NCBI GenBank assembly: GCA_046542505.1
Contig: JBKHBH010000050.1
Span: 1-14,347, forward strand
DNA from: Thermovirgaceae bacterium
GTDB lineage: Bacteria > Synergistota > Synergistia > Synergistales > Thermovirgaceae
DNA length: 14,347 nt
Direction of reading: 5' to 3'
In this document: in pieces, positions 1-7,009 of the stretch
How the letters are laid out: each line of letters opens with the position of its first letter
How positions within the stretch are numbered: the first letter of the stretch is position 1
Program-made: the position numbers and the translations under genes
Notes under the pieces: model-generated
Told to the model about the DNA's origin: nothing
Database searches by the model: none
What the model saw: the letters and a program-made list of their open reading frames with translations, nothing else

Positions 1-596
1 CCCCCCTCGATAAAGCGGGTGATCATGAAACGCCAGTATCTCTGTGCCCCTTCGAGCTCGATGGTTATTCCCAGGTTTACCAACAATCCGTGAAAACAGT
101 AGTCCACGATGCGAACGAGGTCTCCCACTTCCAGGTTCTTCTCCTTTCCCTCAAGGCCGGGAAAAGAGCTGGAGACCACGGGGATAAGCTTTTCAAAGGC
201 CGAAGTCATGGCACCCTTGATGAATCGCGACAACTCCCACCCCTTTTCGCCTCCGCGGTGGGATTCCAGAAAAAGGTGGACCCAGATCAAGCGAAGGTCT
301 TCGTCTTCCCACAGAATCTCAAGATATTCTTCGCCCCGACGTGTGAAGAACTCGAGCGGGTTCTCCCCCATTTCGCCGGTTCCGGGTATGAAATGTCTGA
401 CGATTTCCTGTATCTCCGCTTCCATGACAGCCCTGAAAAGAGCTTCCTTGTTTTGAAAATGCCAATACAAGGCTCCCTTGCTGAGCCCTGTTTCCTTGAC
501 GATGGAATCCATGCTTGTTCCGTAAAACCCGGATCTGGCGAACTTCCTTCTGGCCTCCGCAAGAATCCGTAATCGAGTTTCACTGATATCAGCCAT
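1..596 (-). CDS. TetR/AcrR family transcriptional regulator (3' end beyond window)
   Basis: Hand translation from ATG 596 (SD GGAGGTG at 601-607): MADISETRLRILAEARRKFARSGFYGTSMDSIVKETGLSKGALYWHFQNKEALF..., a classic TetR N-terminal HTH. The frame stays open to position 1 (>198 aa), which probably explains its absence from the ORF track. Confidence 0.93.
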   Translation of the reverse strand, partial: MADISETRLRILAEARRKFARSGFYGTSMDSIVKETGLSKGALYWHFQNKEALFRAVMEAEIQEIVRHFIPGTGEMGENPLEFFTRRGEEYLEILWEDEDLRLIWVHLFLESHRGGEKGWELSRFIKGAMTSAFEKLIPVVSSSFPGLEGKEKNLEVGDLVRIVDYCFHGLLVNLGITIELEGAQRYWRFMITRFIEG

Positions 597-606
597 GTGA
601 CACCTC

Positions 607-655
607 CAGACCGGTCGGTATGCTCGACAGACCCTATCACCGACCAAACGGTCTG
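607..655. promoter_or_regulatory. Two palindromic operator-like sites, consensus CAGACC-N4-GGTCTG
   Basis: CAGACC-GGTC-GGTATG (607-622) and CCGACC-AAAC-GGTCTG (640-655). One abuts the SD and the other overlaps the -35/spacer, as is typical of TetR autoregulation. Confidence 0.65.
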
Positions 656-659
656 TCAA
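631..659 (-). promoter_or_regulatory. sigma70-type promoter of the TetR gene
   Basis: TTGACA (654-659), 17-nt spacer, TGn-extended -10 TAGGGT (631-636). Confidence 0.7.
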
Positions 660-663
660 CAGG

Positions 664-695
664 AAAAAAAGGGCGCCCTGATTCGAGGGGTGCCC
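664..695 (-). terminator. Probable intrinsic terminator after mgtE
   Basis: Minus strand GGGCACCC..GGGCGCCC stem (one A-C mismatch) followed by T7. Confidence 0.6.
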
Positions 696-722
696 CAAGA
701 TGGCAAAACCAGCCTGTTGCGG

Positions 723-2078
723 TCATGAAATGCCCAAAACACGACTGGCGATTTCAAAGTAGATAATGAGGCCAAGCACGTCCACTGTAGTGGTGATGAA
801 CGGGCCGGAAATCACCGCGGGGTCGATCTTGAAAAATCTTGCGACGATGGGAAGGATGACTCCCGCCAAATTCCCGACGATCACCACCGCGACGAGTGAG
901 AAGGCGACGACCAGGGCCACATCGGACCCCGTATCCAGCATATAGGCCCGCGCGATGGCAAGAACCCCCAGGGGCAGGCCGAGCAAAAATGCCGTTAGAA
1001 TCTCCCGCAAGAACACCGTCTTGAGATTTTTCCACTCGATGTCCCCAAGGGTCATTCCGCGAATGACCAGCGTTGCCGCCTGGTTTCCAACATTGCCCCC
1101 CGTGCCTATGAGAAGAGGGATGAAAAAGGTCAGGGGCACGACGCTCTGGATCAGAAAAGAGTAGGAGCTCAACACAGTGGAGCTGATGGCCTGGGCGGCT
1201 ATACAGATGACCAGCCAGGGCAGCCGCTTGCGCGCCAGGGTCAAAACCCCCGTTTCAAGATAGCGTTCCTCCACAGGCTGGATACCGGCCATCCGTTCGA
1301 AGTCTTCAGTGGCCTCTTCTTCGAGGATGTCCAGCACATCGTCGAAAGTCACGATTCCCACGAGCCGGCTCTCGCTGTCAACCACGGGGAGGGCGTGCAG
1401 GTCATAACGGGACATGATCTGGGCGCATTCCTCCTGGTCCGTTCCCGTCCCGATGGAAACGGGATCCTCGTTCATGAGGGCCGACATCGGAGTTTCAGGC
1501 TGGGCGAGGATGATGTCCTCCAGGTCTACGGTCCCCAACAGGTGCCGCTTGTTGTCCATGACGAAGCAGATATATATGGTTTCCTTGCTCCGAGCCTCGC
1601 GACGGATATGCTGCAAGGCCTCGGAAGCGGTCATATCTTCCTTGAGGTCAATATATTCAGGTGTCATCAGGCGTCCCGCCGATGAGGGCCTGTAGTTCAG
1701 GAGACTGTTGGCAATGGTCCGTTCCTCCGACGACAGGTGCTGGAGGATTTTTTTCACCGTCTTGGCCGGTAATTCATCCAAAAGGGCCGTCCGGTCGTCA
1801 TCTGACATGTCCTCGATGATCTCGGCGGCCTCCCTGTCGGTAAAGCTGTTCAAAAGCTCCTCCCGCTCCGGGCCTTCCATGTGTTCGAAAACCTCAATGG
1901 CAAGATCCTTGGGGAGGAGCCTGAAAAGCAGCACCCGCTGTACTTGCGAAATATCCACCAAAAGATCGCTGATATCCGCCGGCTCAAGTGTCGAAAGGAG
2001 CTCCTTGACAGCCTGGAACTTGCGTTCGGCCATAAGGGACTCGACAACTTTGTAGAGCAGTTCGAGACGTTCGATCAT
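723..2078 (-). CDS. mgtE: Magnesium transporter MgtE
   Basis: MgtE N-domain, CBS pair (AGRLMTPEY, LPVVDSESRLVGIVTFDD), GTGGNVG motif and TM helices with conserved TTTVD. ATG 2078 is preferred over GTG 2102 because SD GGGGGTG lies 6 nt upstream. Confidence 0.96.
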   Translation of the reverse strand: MIERLELLYKVVESLMAERKFQAVKELLSTLEPADISDLLVDISQVQRVLLFRLLPKDLAIEVFEHMEGPEREELLNSFTDREAAEIIEDMSDDDRTALLDELPAKTVKKILQHLSSEERTIANSLLNYRPSSAGRLMTPEYIDLKEDMTASEALQHIRREARSKETIYICFVMDNKRHLLGTVDLEDIILAQPETPMSALMNEDPVSIGTGTDQEECAQIMSRYDLHALPVVDSESRLVGIVTFDDVLDILEEEATEDFERMAGIQPVEERYLETGVLTLARKRLPWLVICIAAQAISSTVLSSYSFLIQSVVPLTFFIPLLIGTGGNVGNQAATLVIRGMTLGDIEWKNLKTVFLREILTAFLLGLPLGVLAIARAYMLDTGSDVALVVAFSLVAVVIVGNLAGVILPIVARFFKIDPAVISGPFITTTVDVLGLIIYFEIASRVLGIS

Positions 2079-2385
2079 CGCCGTCACCCCCGTTTCCGTC
2101 ACAAGGCGACATACACGACACCCATGTGCGGCGGAATGTCAGGGTTTCTTCGCCGCAAGGCGTCCTGAGCTGTCTTGTGCCTGTTGAAAAAGCTTCAAAC
2201 TCTGGAGGGGGGGAACCTGCGATGGAAGGGAGTTTCGGGAAACCGAAAGGGCAAAAAAACTGGAAGGCCCTACTCGTCCATTTTCGCGTTTCCCCCCTCG
2301 AAACGGGACGTATCCCTCTTCAAATCCTGTCGGGGACATAAACTGTCGTCCATTTTCATCTCCTTCGCTTCCTCTGATACATTTC
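2079..2385 (-). ncRNA. Long structured 5' leader of mgtE (candidate cis-regulatory RNA, family unknown)
   Basis: Lies between a promoter (2392-2421) and the mgtE start. Nested complementary segments: 2205-2216/2288-2299, 2222-2226/2277-2281, 2230-2233/2272-2275, 2234-2238/2243-2247, 2248-2252/2267-2271. Confidence 0.55.
2270..2353 (-). CDS. Candidate leader peptide (uORF) MDDSLCPRQDLKRDTSRFEGGNAKMDE, 27 aa
   Basis: SD AAGGAG (2360-2365) 6 nt before ATG 2353, with an alternative in-frame ATG at 2359. TAG at 2270-2272. No homology evidence. Confidence 0.4.
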   Translation of the reverse strand: MDDSLCPRQDLKRDTSRFEGGNAKMDE

Positions 2386-2391
2386 AAACCC

Positions 2392-2421
2392 ATCCTAGCC
2401 TAAAGGCTTGTTAATGGTCAA
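2392..2421 (-). promoter_or_regulatory. sigma70-type promoter firing into the mgtE leader
   Basis: TTGACC (2416-2421), 18-nt spacer, TAGGAT (2392-2397), just downstream of the rpsI terminator. Confidence 0.65.
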
Positions 2422-2454
2422 TGCAGCAGGATTTTGGACATTCTCTTTGGGCAT

Positions 2455-2482
2455 AAAAAAGGGGACGCATCCCTGCGCCCCC
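2455..2482 (-). terminator. Intrinsic terminator of rplM-rpsI
   Basis: GGGGGCGCA-GGGA-TGCGTCCCC 9-bp stem (one G.U, GNRA loop) followed by T6. Confidence 0.9.
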
Positions 2483-2504
2483 TGTATCGTACGGACTGTC
2501 CCGA

Positions 2505-2900
2505 TTAACGTTTCGAGTACTGCCGCTTGCCGCGGGCGCCCTTTTGGCCGAATTTCTTTCGCTCAACCATTCTGGGATCCCGGGTCAGGAGGCCTGCCTG
2601 CTTCAAGACAGACCTAAGGTCAGGGTTTAATTTAAGCAGAGCCCTCGCGATGCCGAGCCGTACGGCTCCGGCCTGGCCCGTCAACCCGCCACCGCTGGTG
2701 TTGACGAAAACGTCGATTTTTCCTTCCAGTCCGGCGACTCGAAGGGGTTCGAAGGCGTGGTTCTGCCATATGGTCCGGGGGAAATAGTCTTCCGGCGTAC
2801 GGTTGTTGACCTTGACGGCACCGTCACCCGGACGGATGCGCACCCGCGCGAGAGCGGTCTTGCGTCTTCCTGTTCCCCAATAATACTCGCTGCCTCTCAT
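2505..2900 (-). CDS. rpsI: 30S ribosomal protein S9
   Basis: GTGRRKTA, GGGLTGQAGA and LLTRDPRMVERKK...YSKR motifs; SD AGGAGGT. Confidence 0.99.
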   Translation of the reverse strand: MRGSEYYWGTGRRKTALARVRIRPGDGAVKVNNRTPEDYFPRTIWQNHAFEPLRVAGLEGKIDVFVNTSGGGLTGQAGAVRLGIARALLKLNPDLRSVLKQAGLLTRDPRMVERKKFGQKGARGKRQYSKR

Positions 2901-2929
2901 GGGTTACCTCCTTTCCCGGCTCCGGCCGC

Positions 2930-3361
2930 CTAGATCTCTATCTTCTCGGGTTTCTGGGCCGTATGGGGATGGTTCGGCCCGGCGTAGACCTTGAGTTTTC
3001 TGTGAAAGGCCAGCCTGTTTTTCGGAAGCATGCCCTTGACGACCTTCTCAACGAGGCGATCGGGTGCCTTGGCCATGTACTCGCCGAAAGAAACGGCCTT
3101 AAGACTTCCCTTGTATCCGCTGTGGCGATATACCATGGATTGCTGGGCCTTTCTTCCCGTCAGCTTGACCTTGTCGGCGTTCAGGACAATGACAAAATCT
3201 CCCGTATCGACGTGAGGCGTATAGACAGGCTTATGCTTGCCCTGAAGAATTTTCGCGATCTGCGAGGCAAGTCTGCCAAGGGGTTTGTCGGTGGCGTCGA
3301 CGACATACCATTTTCGTTCGATGCTGTTCGGTTTCGCCATGAATGTTGTCTTATCAGGCAT
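2930..3361 (-). CDS. rplM: 50S ribosomal protein L13
   Basis: [35 protein letters not shown] and HPHTAQKP motifs; canonical rplM-rpsI pair. Confidence 0.99.
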   Translation of the reverse strand: MPDKTTFMAKPNSIERKWYVVDATDKPLGRLASQIAKILQGKHKPVYTPHVDTGDFVIVLNADKVKLTGRKAQQSMVYRHSGYKGSLKAVSFGEYMAKAPDRLVEKVVKGMLPKNRLAFHRKLKVYAGPNHPHTAQKPEKIEI

Positions 3362-3367
3362 CTATTC

Positions 3368-3438
3368 CGTCACTCCCTCGCCCACACCGAAGGCGCAAGC
3401 GCAATGAATTCGATCCCTGCCCGAAGGCAGAGCGACAG
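3368..3438 (-). promoter_or_regulatory. Structured 5' UTR of rplM (candidate L13 autoregulatory leader)
   Basis: Hairpins CUCUGCC-UUCG-GGCAGGG and CGCUUGCGCC-UUC-GGUGUGGGCG, plus a basal helix CUGUCGCU/AGUGACGG overlapping the SD. The many G.U pairs work only on the minus strand. Confidence 0.55.
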
Positions 3439-3440
3439 TT

Positions 3441-3469
3441 ATTCTAACGAAGGCCGCCTGACGTGTCAA
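3441..3469 (-). promoter_or_regulatory. Near-consensus sigma70 promoter of rplM-rpsI
   Basis: TTGACA (3464-3469), 17 nt, TAGAAT (3441-3446). Confidence 0.9.
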
Positions 3470-3496
3470 GCAGATCCGCCCTCGACCCGGCTCAAA

Positions 3497-4543
3497 CTAG
3501 AGAACCTTTTCAAGCTTCGCGTTCTCGATAATCCCCGGGAACCTTCCCCTCTTTGCGATGGGATTTCCGTCAACCATCTTGATGTCCATGGTCATGTCCC
3601 GCGGCGTGGCATGGGCAATATAGCTGCCGACACCAAAAGAGTCCACCCCCGCTTCCCGCAGCCGCGCGATAGTGTCAGGGTTAAGGCCTCCGGAGGCCAC
3701 GATCGAGACATGGTCGAAACCCGCCTTATCAAGCCTCCATCGGACTTCACGCACCAGTTCAGGAGAGACTCCTCCCCGTTCCGAGGGCGTATCGAGCCTG
3801 ACACCGGCAAGTCTTTCGCCCAGCTCTTCGGCCACCCTGAGTGACTCTTCTGCCTCGTCCTTGAAGGTGTCTACAAGAATGAGTCTAGGCTCGCCTTCCG
3901 CAAGGACATCGTCGTAGACCTTTGCCAGATTGACTGTATCCCCGACGATGAGAATCGCGGCATGGGGAATTGTCCCTTTCGGCTCGATACCGGCCAACTT
4001 CGCGCCGAGAATGCAGCTGGCGCCCGAACAGCCTCCGGCGACAACAGCAGCCCGCTCCATGACGGATGCAACCGCCGGGTGAACGTGTCTGGCCCCAAAA
4101 GACAAGACTGGTTTGCCTCCGGCTGCCTCCACGCATTCCCTGGCGGCCGTCGCCCATCCAGTCGAGCTCGCCAGCATGCCGAGGATTACCGTCTCGTACA
4201 TGCCGAAAGCCGAATAGGGGCCTTCAAGGCGCATGAGAACTTCCTTCGCGTCGAAGCTGTCACCTTCAGAAAGGGAATGGATTTGTACTCCTTTCCCGTC
4301 CAAAAGTCGCAACACTTCGGGAAGGCCGGCGTAAATCCCCGGCTTGCGTGCAAAAATCTCCGCGACTACTGGCGTATCGAGTTTTCCTGCGGCCTCCAGG
4401 ACATCCCTGGTCTTAACGAAATAAATATCGGTAGTGAGCCCGGTCGCGATCTCTTCGTGTTCGGCACTGTAAAACCGGTTGCTCCCGCAGGAGACGTCGT
4501 AGACATCGGAAAGCCGGTCGAGTCGTCTGGGATCCATCCTCAC
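3497..4543 (-). CDS. pncB: Nicotinate phosphoribosyltransferase
   Basis: TDIYF, SFGARH, GTIPHA, LVDTF, GVRLDT, ASGGL and FGVGS motifs of NAPRTase (short ~350-aa type). Confidence 0.9.
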   Translation of the reverse strand: MRMDPRRLDRLSDVYDVSCGSNRFYSAEHEEIATGLTTDIYFVKTRDVLEAAGKLDTPVVAEIFARKPGIYAGLPEVLRLLDGKGVQIHSLSEGDSFDAKEVLMRLEGPYSAFGMYETVILGMLASSTGWATAARECVEAAGGKPVLSFGARHVHPAVASVMERAAVVAGGCSGASCILGAKLAGIEPKGTIPHAAILIVGDTVNLAKVYDDVLAEGEPRLILVDTFKDEAEESLRVAEELGERLAGVRLDTPSERGGVSPELVREVRWRLDKAGFDHVSIVASGGLNPDTIARLREAGVDSFGVGSYIAHATPRDMTMDIKMVDGNPIAKRGRFPGIIENAKLEKVL

Positions 4544-4554
4544 ATACCTGGAAA

Positions 4555-4785
4555 CTACCTGGGAAGGATGACCAGCAGCAGGGACGAAATCAAAAACAGG
4601 GCTGTCAGTAGGACCGTCACCTTGCTAAGCACCGTGAAACGCTGCCACTGTCCACCCGTTGCGTCAGCCTGGGTGCCTCCTCCGAAAACACCGGAGAAAC
4701 CGCCCTGTTTCCTCTGCTGGAGCAGGATCACGGCCATCAGGGAAACGGCCAGTATAATATGTGCAACCATCAAGAAAATACCCAC
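4555..4785 (-). CDS. secG: Preprotein translocase subunit SecG
   Basis: Two TM helices flanking ILLQQRKQGGFSGVFGGG and ending LSKVTVLL. GTG 4785 is preferred because SD GGAGG is at 4794-4798. Confidence 0.93.
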   Translation of the reverse strand: MGIFLMVAHIILAVSLMAVILLQQRKQGGFSGVFGGGTQADATGGQWQRFTVLSKVTVLLTALFLISSLLLVILPR

Positions 4786-4828
4786 GCATCGCACCTCCCC
4801 GTGCGTTCATGACATGAAGCGACTACAC

Positions 4829-4837
4829 ATTCTATCA
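4829..4837 (-). promoter_or_regulatory. Extended -10 promoter element for secG-pncB
   Basis: TG-A-TAGAAT on the minus strand; weak -35 (ATGCTA). Confidence 0.5.
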
Positions 4838-4848
4838 CAGAAGCCTCT

Positions 4849-5424
4849 TTATAGCATTCGGCGCAGGGAAAAAGTCGCAACGGCCCGGTGCGAGATCTTC
4901 GATTTCACAGGTTGACCCAAAACCGCAAAAGGCTCGTTGTATCCCTCTGGCACGAAAAGGGGGTCGTAGCCGAACCCCTCGTTTCCGGAAGGACTGCTGG
5001 CAATGCGTCCCCAACAATACCCCTGGGTCAGCCAACACTGCCCGGCCTCCGGAAAGACCAGCGCAAGACACGCGACAAATCTCGCTGTCCGGTCGGAAAC
5101 ATTCTTCATCTTCTCCATGAGCCACCGGATACGGGATGAATCATCCTCTGCGACCCGGGCCGATTCTGTCCCAGGACCCCACGCGAGCGCCCTGACTTCC
5201 AGTCCGCTGTCGTCCGAAAGGGCGGGCATTCCTGTTTTTTCCGCCCAAAAGCGCGCCTTTTTCAGTGCGTTGTGAGCGTAAGTCGTGCCGTCTTCAACGA
5301 TTTCCAGATCATTTCCGATAAGGTCTGGTCCAAAAAGAACCCGCACGCCGACAGGCTGGAAAAAATCCGACAGTTCGAGGAACTTGTTCCGGTTACCGCT
5401 GGCCAAAAGAATCGTCTGACTCAC
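4849..5424 (-). CDS. rdgB: dITP/XTP pyrophosphatase (RdgB/HAM1 family)
   Basis: [29 protein letters not shown] and KSKISHR motifs; GTGA overlap with rph. Confidence 0.96.
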   Translation of the reverse strand: MSQTILLASGNRNKFLELSDFFQPVGVRVLFGPDLIGNDLEIVEDGTTYAHNALKKARFWAEKTGMPALSDDSGLEVRALAWGPGTESARVAEDDSSRIRWLMEKMKNVSDRTARFVACLALVFPEAGQCWLTQGYCWGRIASSPSGNEGFGYDPLFVPEGYNEPFAVLGQPVKSKISHRAVATFSLRRML

Positions 5425-6167
5425 AAAAAAGCCTCACGTTCGGCTTCAGTCAGCTCCAGGGACTCTTTCTGCAGTTCAACGAGCTCCCCTATACCCCTTT
5501 CGGCGATATTCAGGAGCCCTTCCAGTTCATCCCTGGAGAAGGTACCAGACTCGCCGGTGCCCTGCAACTCGATATATTCACCCCTGTCATTCATGACGAT
5601 ATTGCAGTCCACCTCGGCTGCCGCGTCTTCTTCGTAGCAGAGATCGGCCAGGATTTCGCCTTCGACCTTGCCGACACTGAGGGCGGCTACAAAGGAGCGG
5701 ACGGGGATTCCCTCGATGCTCCGCGAGCCATAGAGATTCCGCAAGGCGTCCACCAGGGCAACGAATCCGCCGGTAATTGCCGCCGTCCGGGTTCCACCAT
5801 CCGCCTGGATAACGTCACAGTCTATCCAGATCGTCCGCTCGCCAAGCAGGTCGAGATCGATTCCGGCCCTGAGCGACCTCCCGATCAGGCGCTGGATCTC
5901 GTGGCTTCTGCCGCTGACACGACCCCTGACACTGTCTCTGGGCGACCTGGTTTCCGTCGCGCGGGGAAGCATGGAATACTCAGCTGTGACCCAGCCCTGT
6001 CCGCTTCCCCTGAGGAACACGGGGACCTTATCCTCCACCGAGGCGGTGCAGATCACCCACGTATCGCCGAACCCGATACGCACCGAGCCCTCGGCAAACT
6101 TTGTAAAGCCCCTGTCAATGGTCACAGGACGCAGGTCCCCGGGGGCTCTTCCGTCACATCGGATCAT
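5421..6167 (-). CDS. rph: Ribonuclease PH
   Basis: [47 protein letters not shown] and DLCYEED motifs. Confidence 0.98.
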   Translation of the reverse strand: MIRCDGRAPGDLRPVTIDRGFTKFAEGSVRIGFGDTWVICTASVEDKVPVFLRGSGQGWVTAEYSMLPRATETRSPRDSVRGRVSGRSHEIQRLIGRSLRAGIDLDLLGERTIWIDCDVIQADGGTRTAAITGGFVALVDALRNLYGSRSIEGIPVRSFVAALSVGKVEGEILADLCYEEDAAAEVDCNIVMNDRGEYIELQGTGESGTFSRDELEGLLNIAERGIGELVELQKESLELTEAEREAFL

Positions 6168-6197
6168 ACCTGAACCTCGTTTCTGCCGCGTCGGGCA

Positions 6198-6932
6198 TCA
6201 GGAGGGCATCTCCCAAAAGGAAGAGAGATCCACGGGTTTGCTCTCGTCCACTTGTTTGCCGTTAATGAGGAAACGGATCCTGGTGACGGGCGAGAAATTT
6301 TTTGAAACAGTGCTGACGATACCGGTAATGACCGATACGGCCTTGTCTTCTGACATATTTGACACGCTCTCGAGAAATGCGTCATTCAGGTCCAGGTAAA
6401 CTTTGTCGCCGTTTCTGAAGACATGGAGCACCCTGACGTCGCCGGGAAGCAGTTCTTCATCCCTGTATGTCGCGATCACTTCCGACAGGAGGTTCCTAAG
6501 ATCGTCCTCAAGAAGCCCCGCCATAAAGGAAACCGATTTCTCCCGGAACTCATCCCCTGAAGGAATATAAATCACGAAACGGCTTTTCGGTCCTGTTGTG
6601 GATTCGCTTTCTTCCCCGTCCTCCGCTGAAACCCGGCGGGCTTCATCAGAGGTCTGTACAACTTGTTCGTCGCCGATAACGCCCTTGTTGTCGAGCCATT
6701 TCAGGGCAATTCCGGACCCCCAGTATCCGATGGCGAAAAAAACGACGATCACCGCTGCCCAGACGAGGACGCGCAGTGCAATGGGAGCCTTTCTGCTTTC
6801 TTCGTCGTCTTCCTCTATTTCCTCATCCTCGTCGCCATCCTCATACAGTTCTGGGGAATCCTCTTCTTCGGCATCATAGCGCCACGGAGCATGGCGGCGG
6901 TCATCTTCATCCTTGAAAGCCGAAAACAGCAT
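6198..6932 (-). CDS. GerMN (sporulation/germination) domain membrane protein
   Basis: Acidic N-terminus, one TM helix, and C-terminal LLPGDVRVLHV...VYLDLN...IVSTV...VTRIRFLINGK, typical of GerMN. Its position upstream of rph-rdgB matches Bacillus gerM. Confidence 0.8.
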   Translation of the reverse strand: MLFSAFKDEDDRRHAPWRYDAEEEDSPELYEDGDEDEEIEEDDEESRKAPIALRVLVWAAVIVVFFAIGYWGSGIALKWLDNKGVIGDEQVVQTSDEARRVSAEDGEESESTTGPKSRFVIYIPSGDEFREKSVSFMAGLLEDDLRNLLSEVIATYRDEELLPGDVRVLHVFRNGDKVYLDLNDAFLESVSNMSEDKAVSVITGIVSTVSKNFSPVTRIRFLINGKQVDESKPVDLSSFWEMPS

Positions 6933-7009
6933 GTCCTGTCACCTGCCTATTGCTGCGCGAAAATGGTCCGCGCGGGTTTTTACACATACAGCCAGCCTCC
7001 CATTATATT

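Noticed and set aside
1..26. Apparent separate ORF start MITRFIEGG at 26 on minus
   Set aside because: It is in frame with, and part of, the TetR C-terminus.
90..640. ORFs 90-572, 109-456 and 287-640
   Set aside because: Shadow or off-frame readings over the real TetR gene.
2162..2337. 6S RNA interpretation (about 176 nt, GTCCTGA...TCGGGGAC ends, central bubble, long stem)
   Set aside because: The closing stem pairs poorly and no plus-strand promoter is visible. Not called, though only an Rfam search would exclude it.
2126..2414. ORF-track ORFs 2126-2341, 2139-2393 and 2175-2414
   Set aside because: No convincing SD or recognisable domain; 2139-2393 starts inside the -10 box.
2405..2455. 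Short strings resembling M-box (ykoK) fragments: TGCCCAAA..AATGTCCAAA on minus, AATGCAGC.GGAT on plus
   Set aside because: They lie on opposite strands, overlap or precede the promoter, and the other M-box hallmarks are absent.
2963..4915. Long plus-strand ORFs 2963-3844 and 3962-4915, and similar ones elsewhere
   Set aside because: Antisense to well-supported genes with no motifs, as expected in GC-rich coding DNA.
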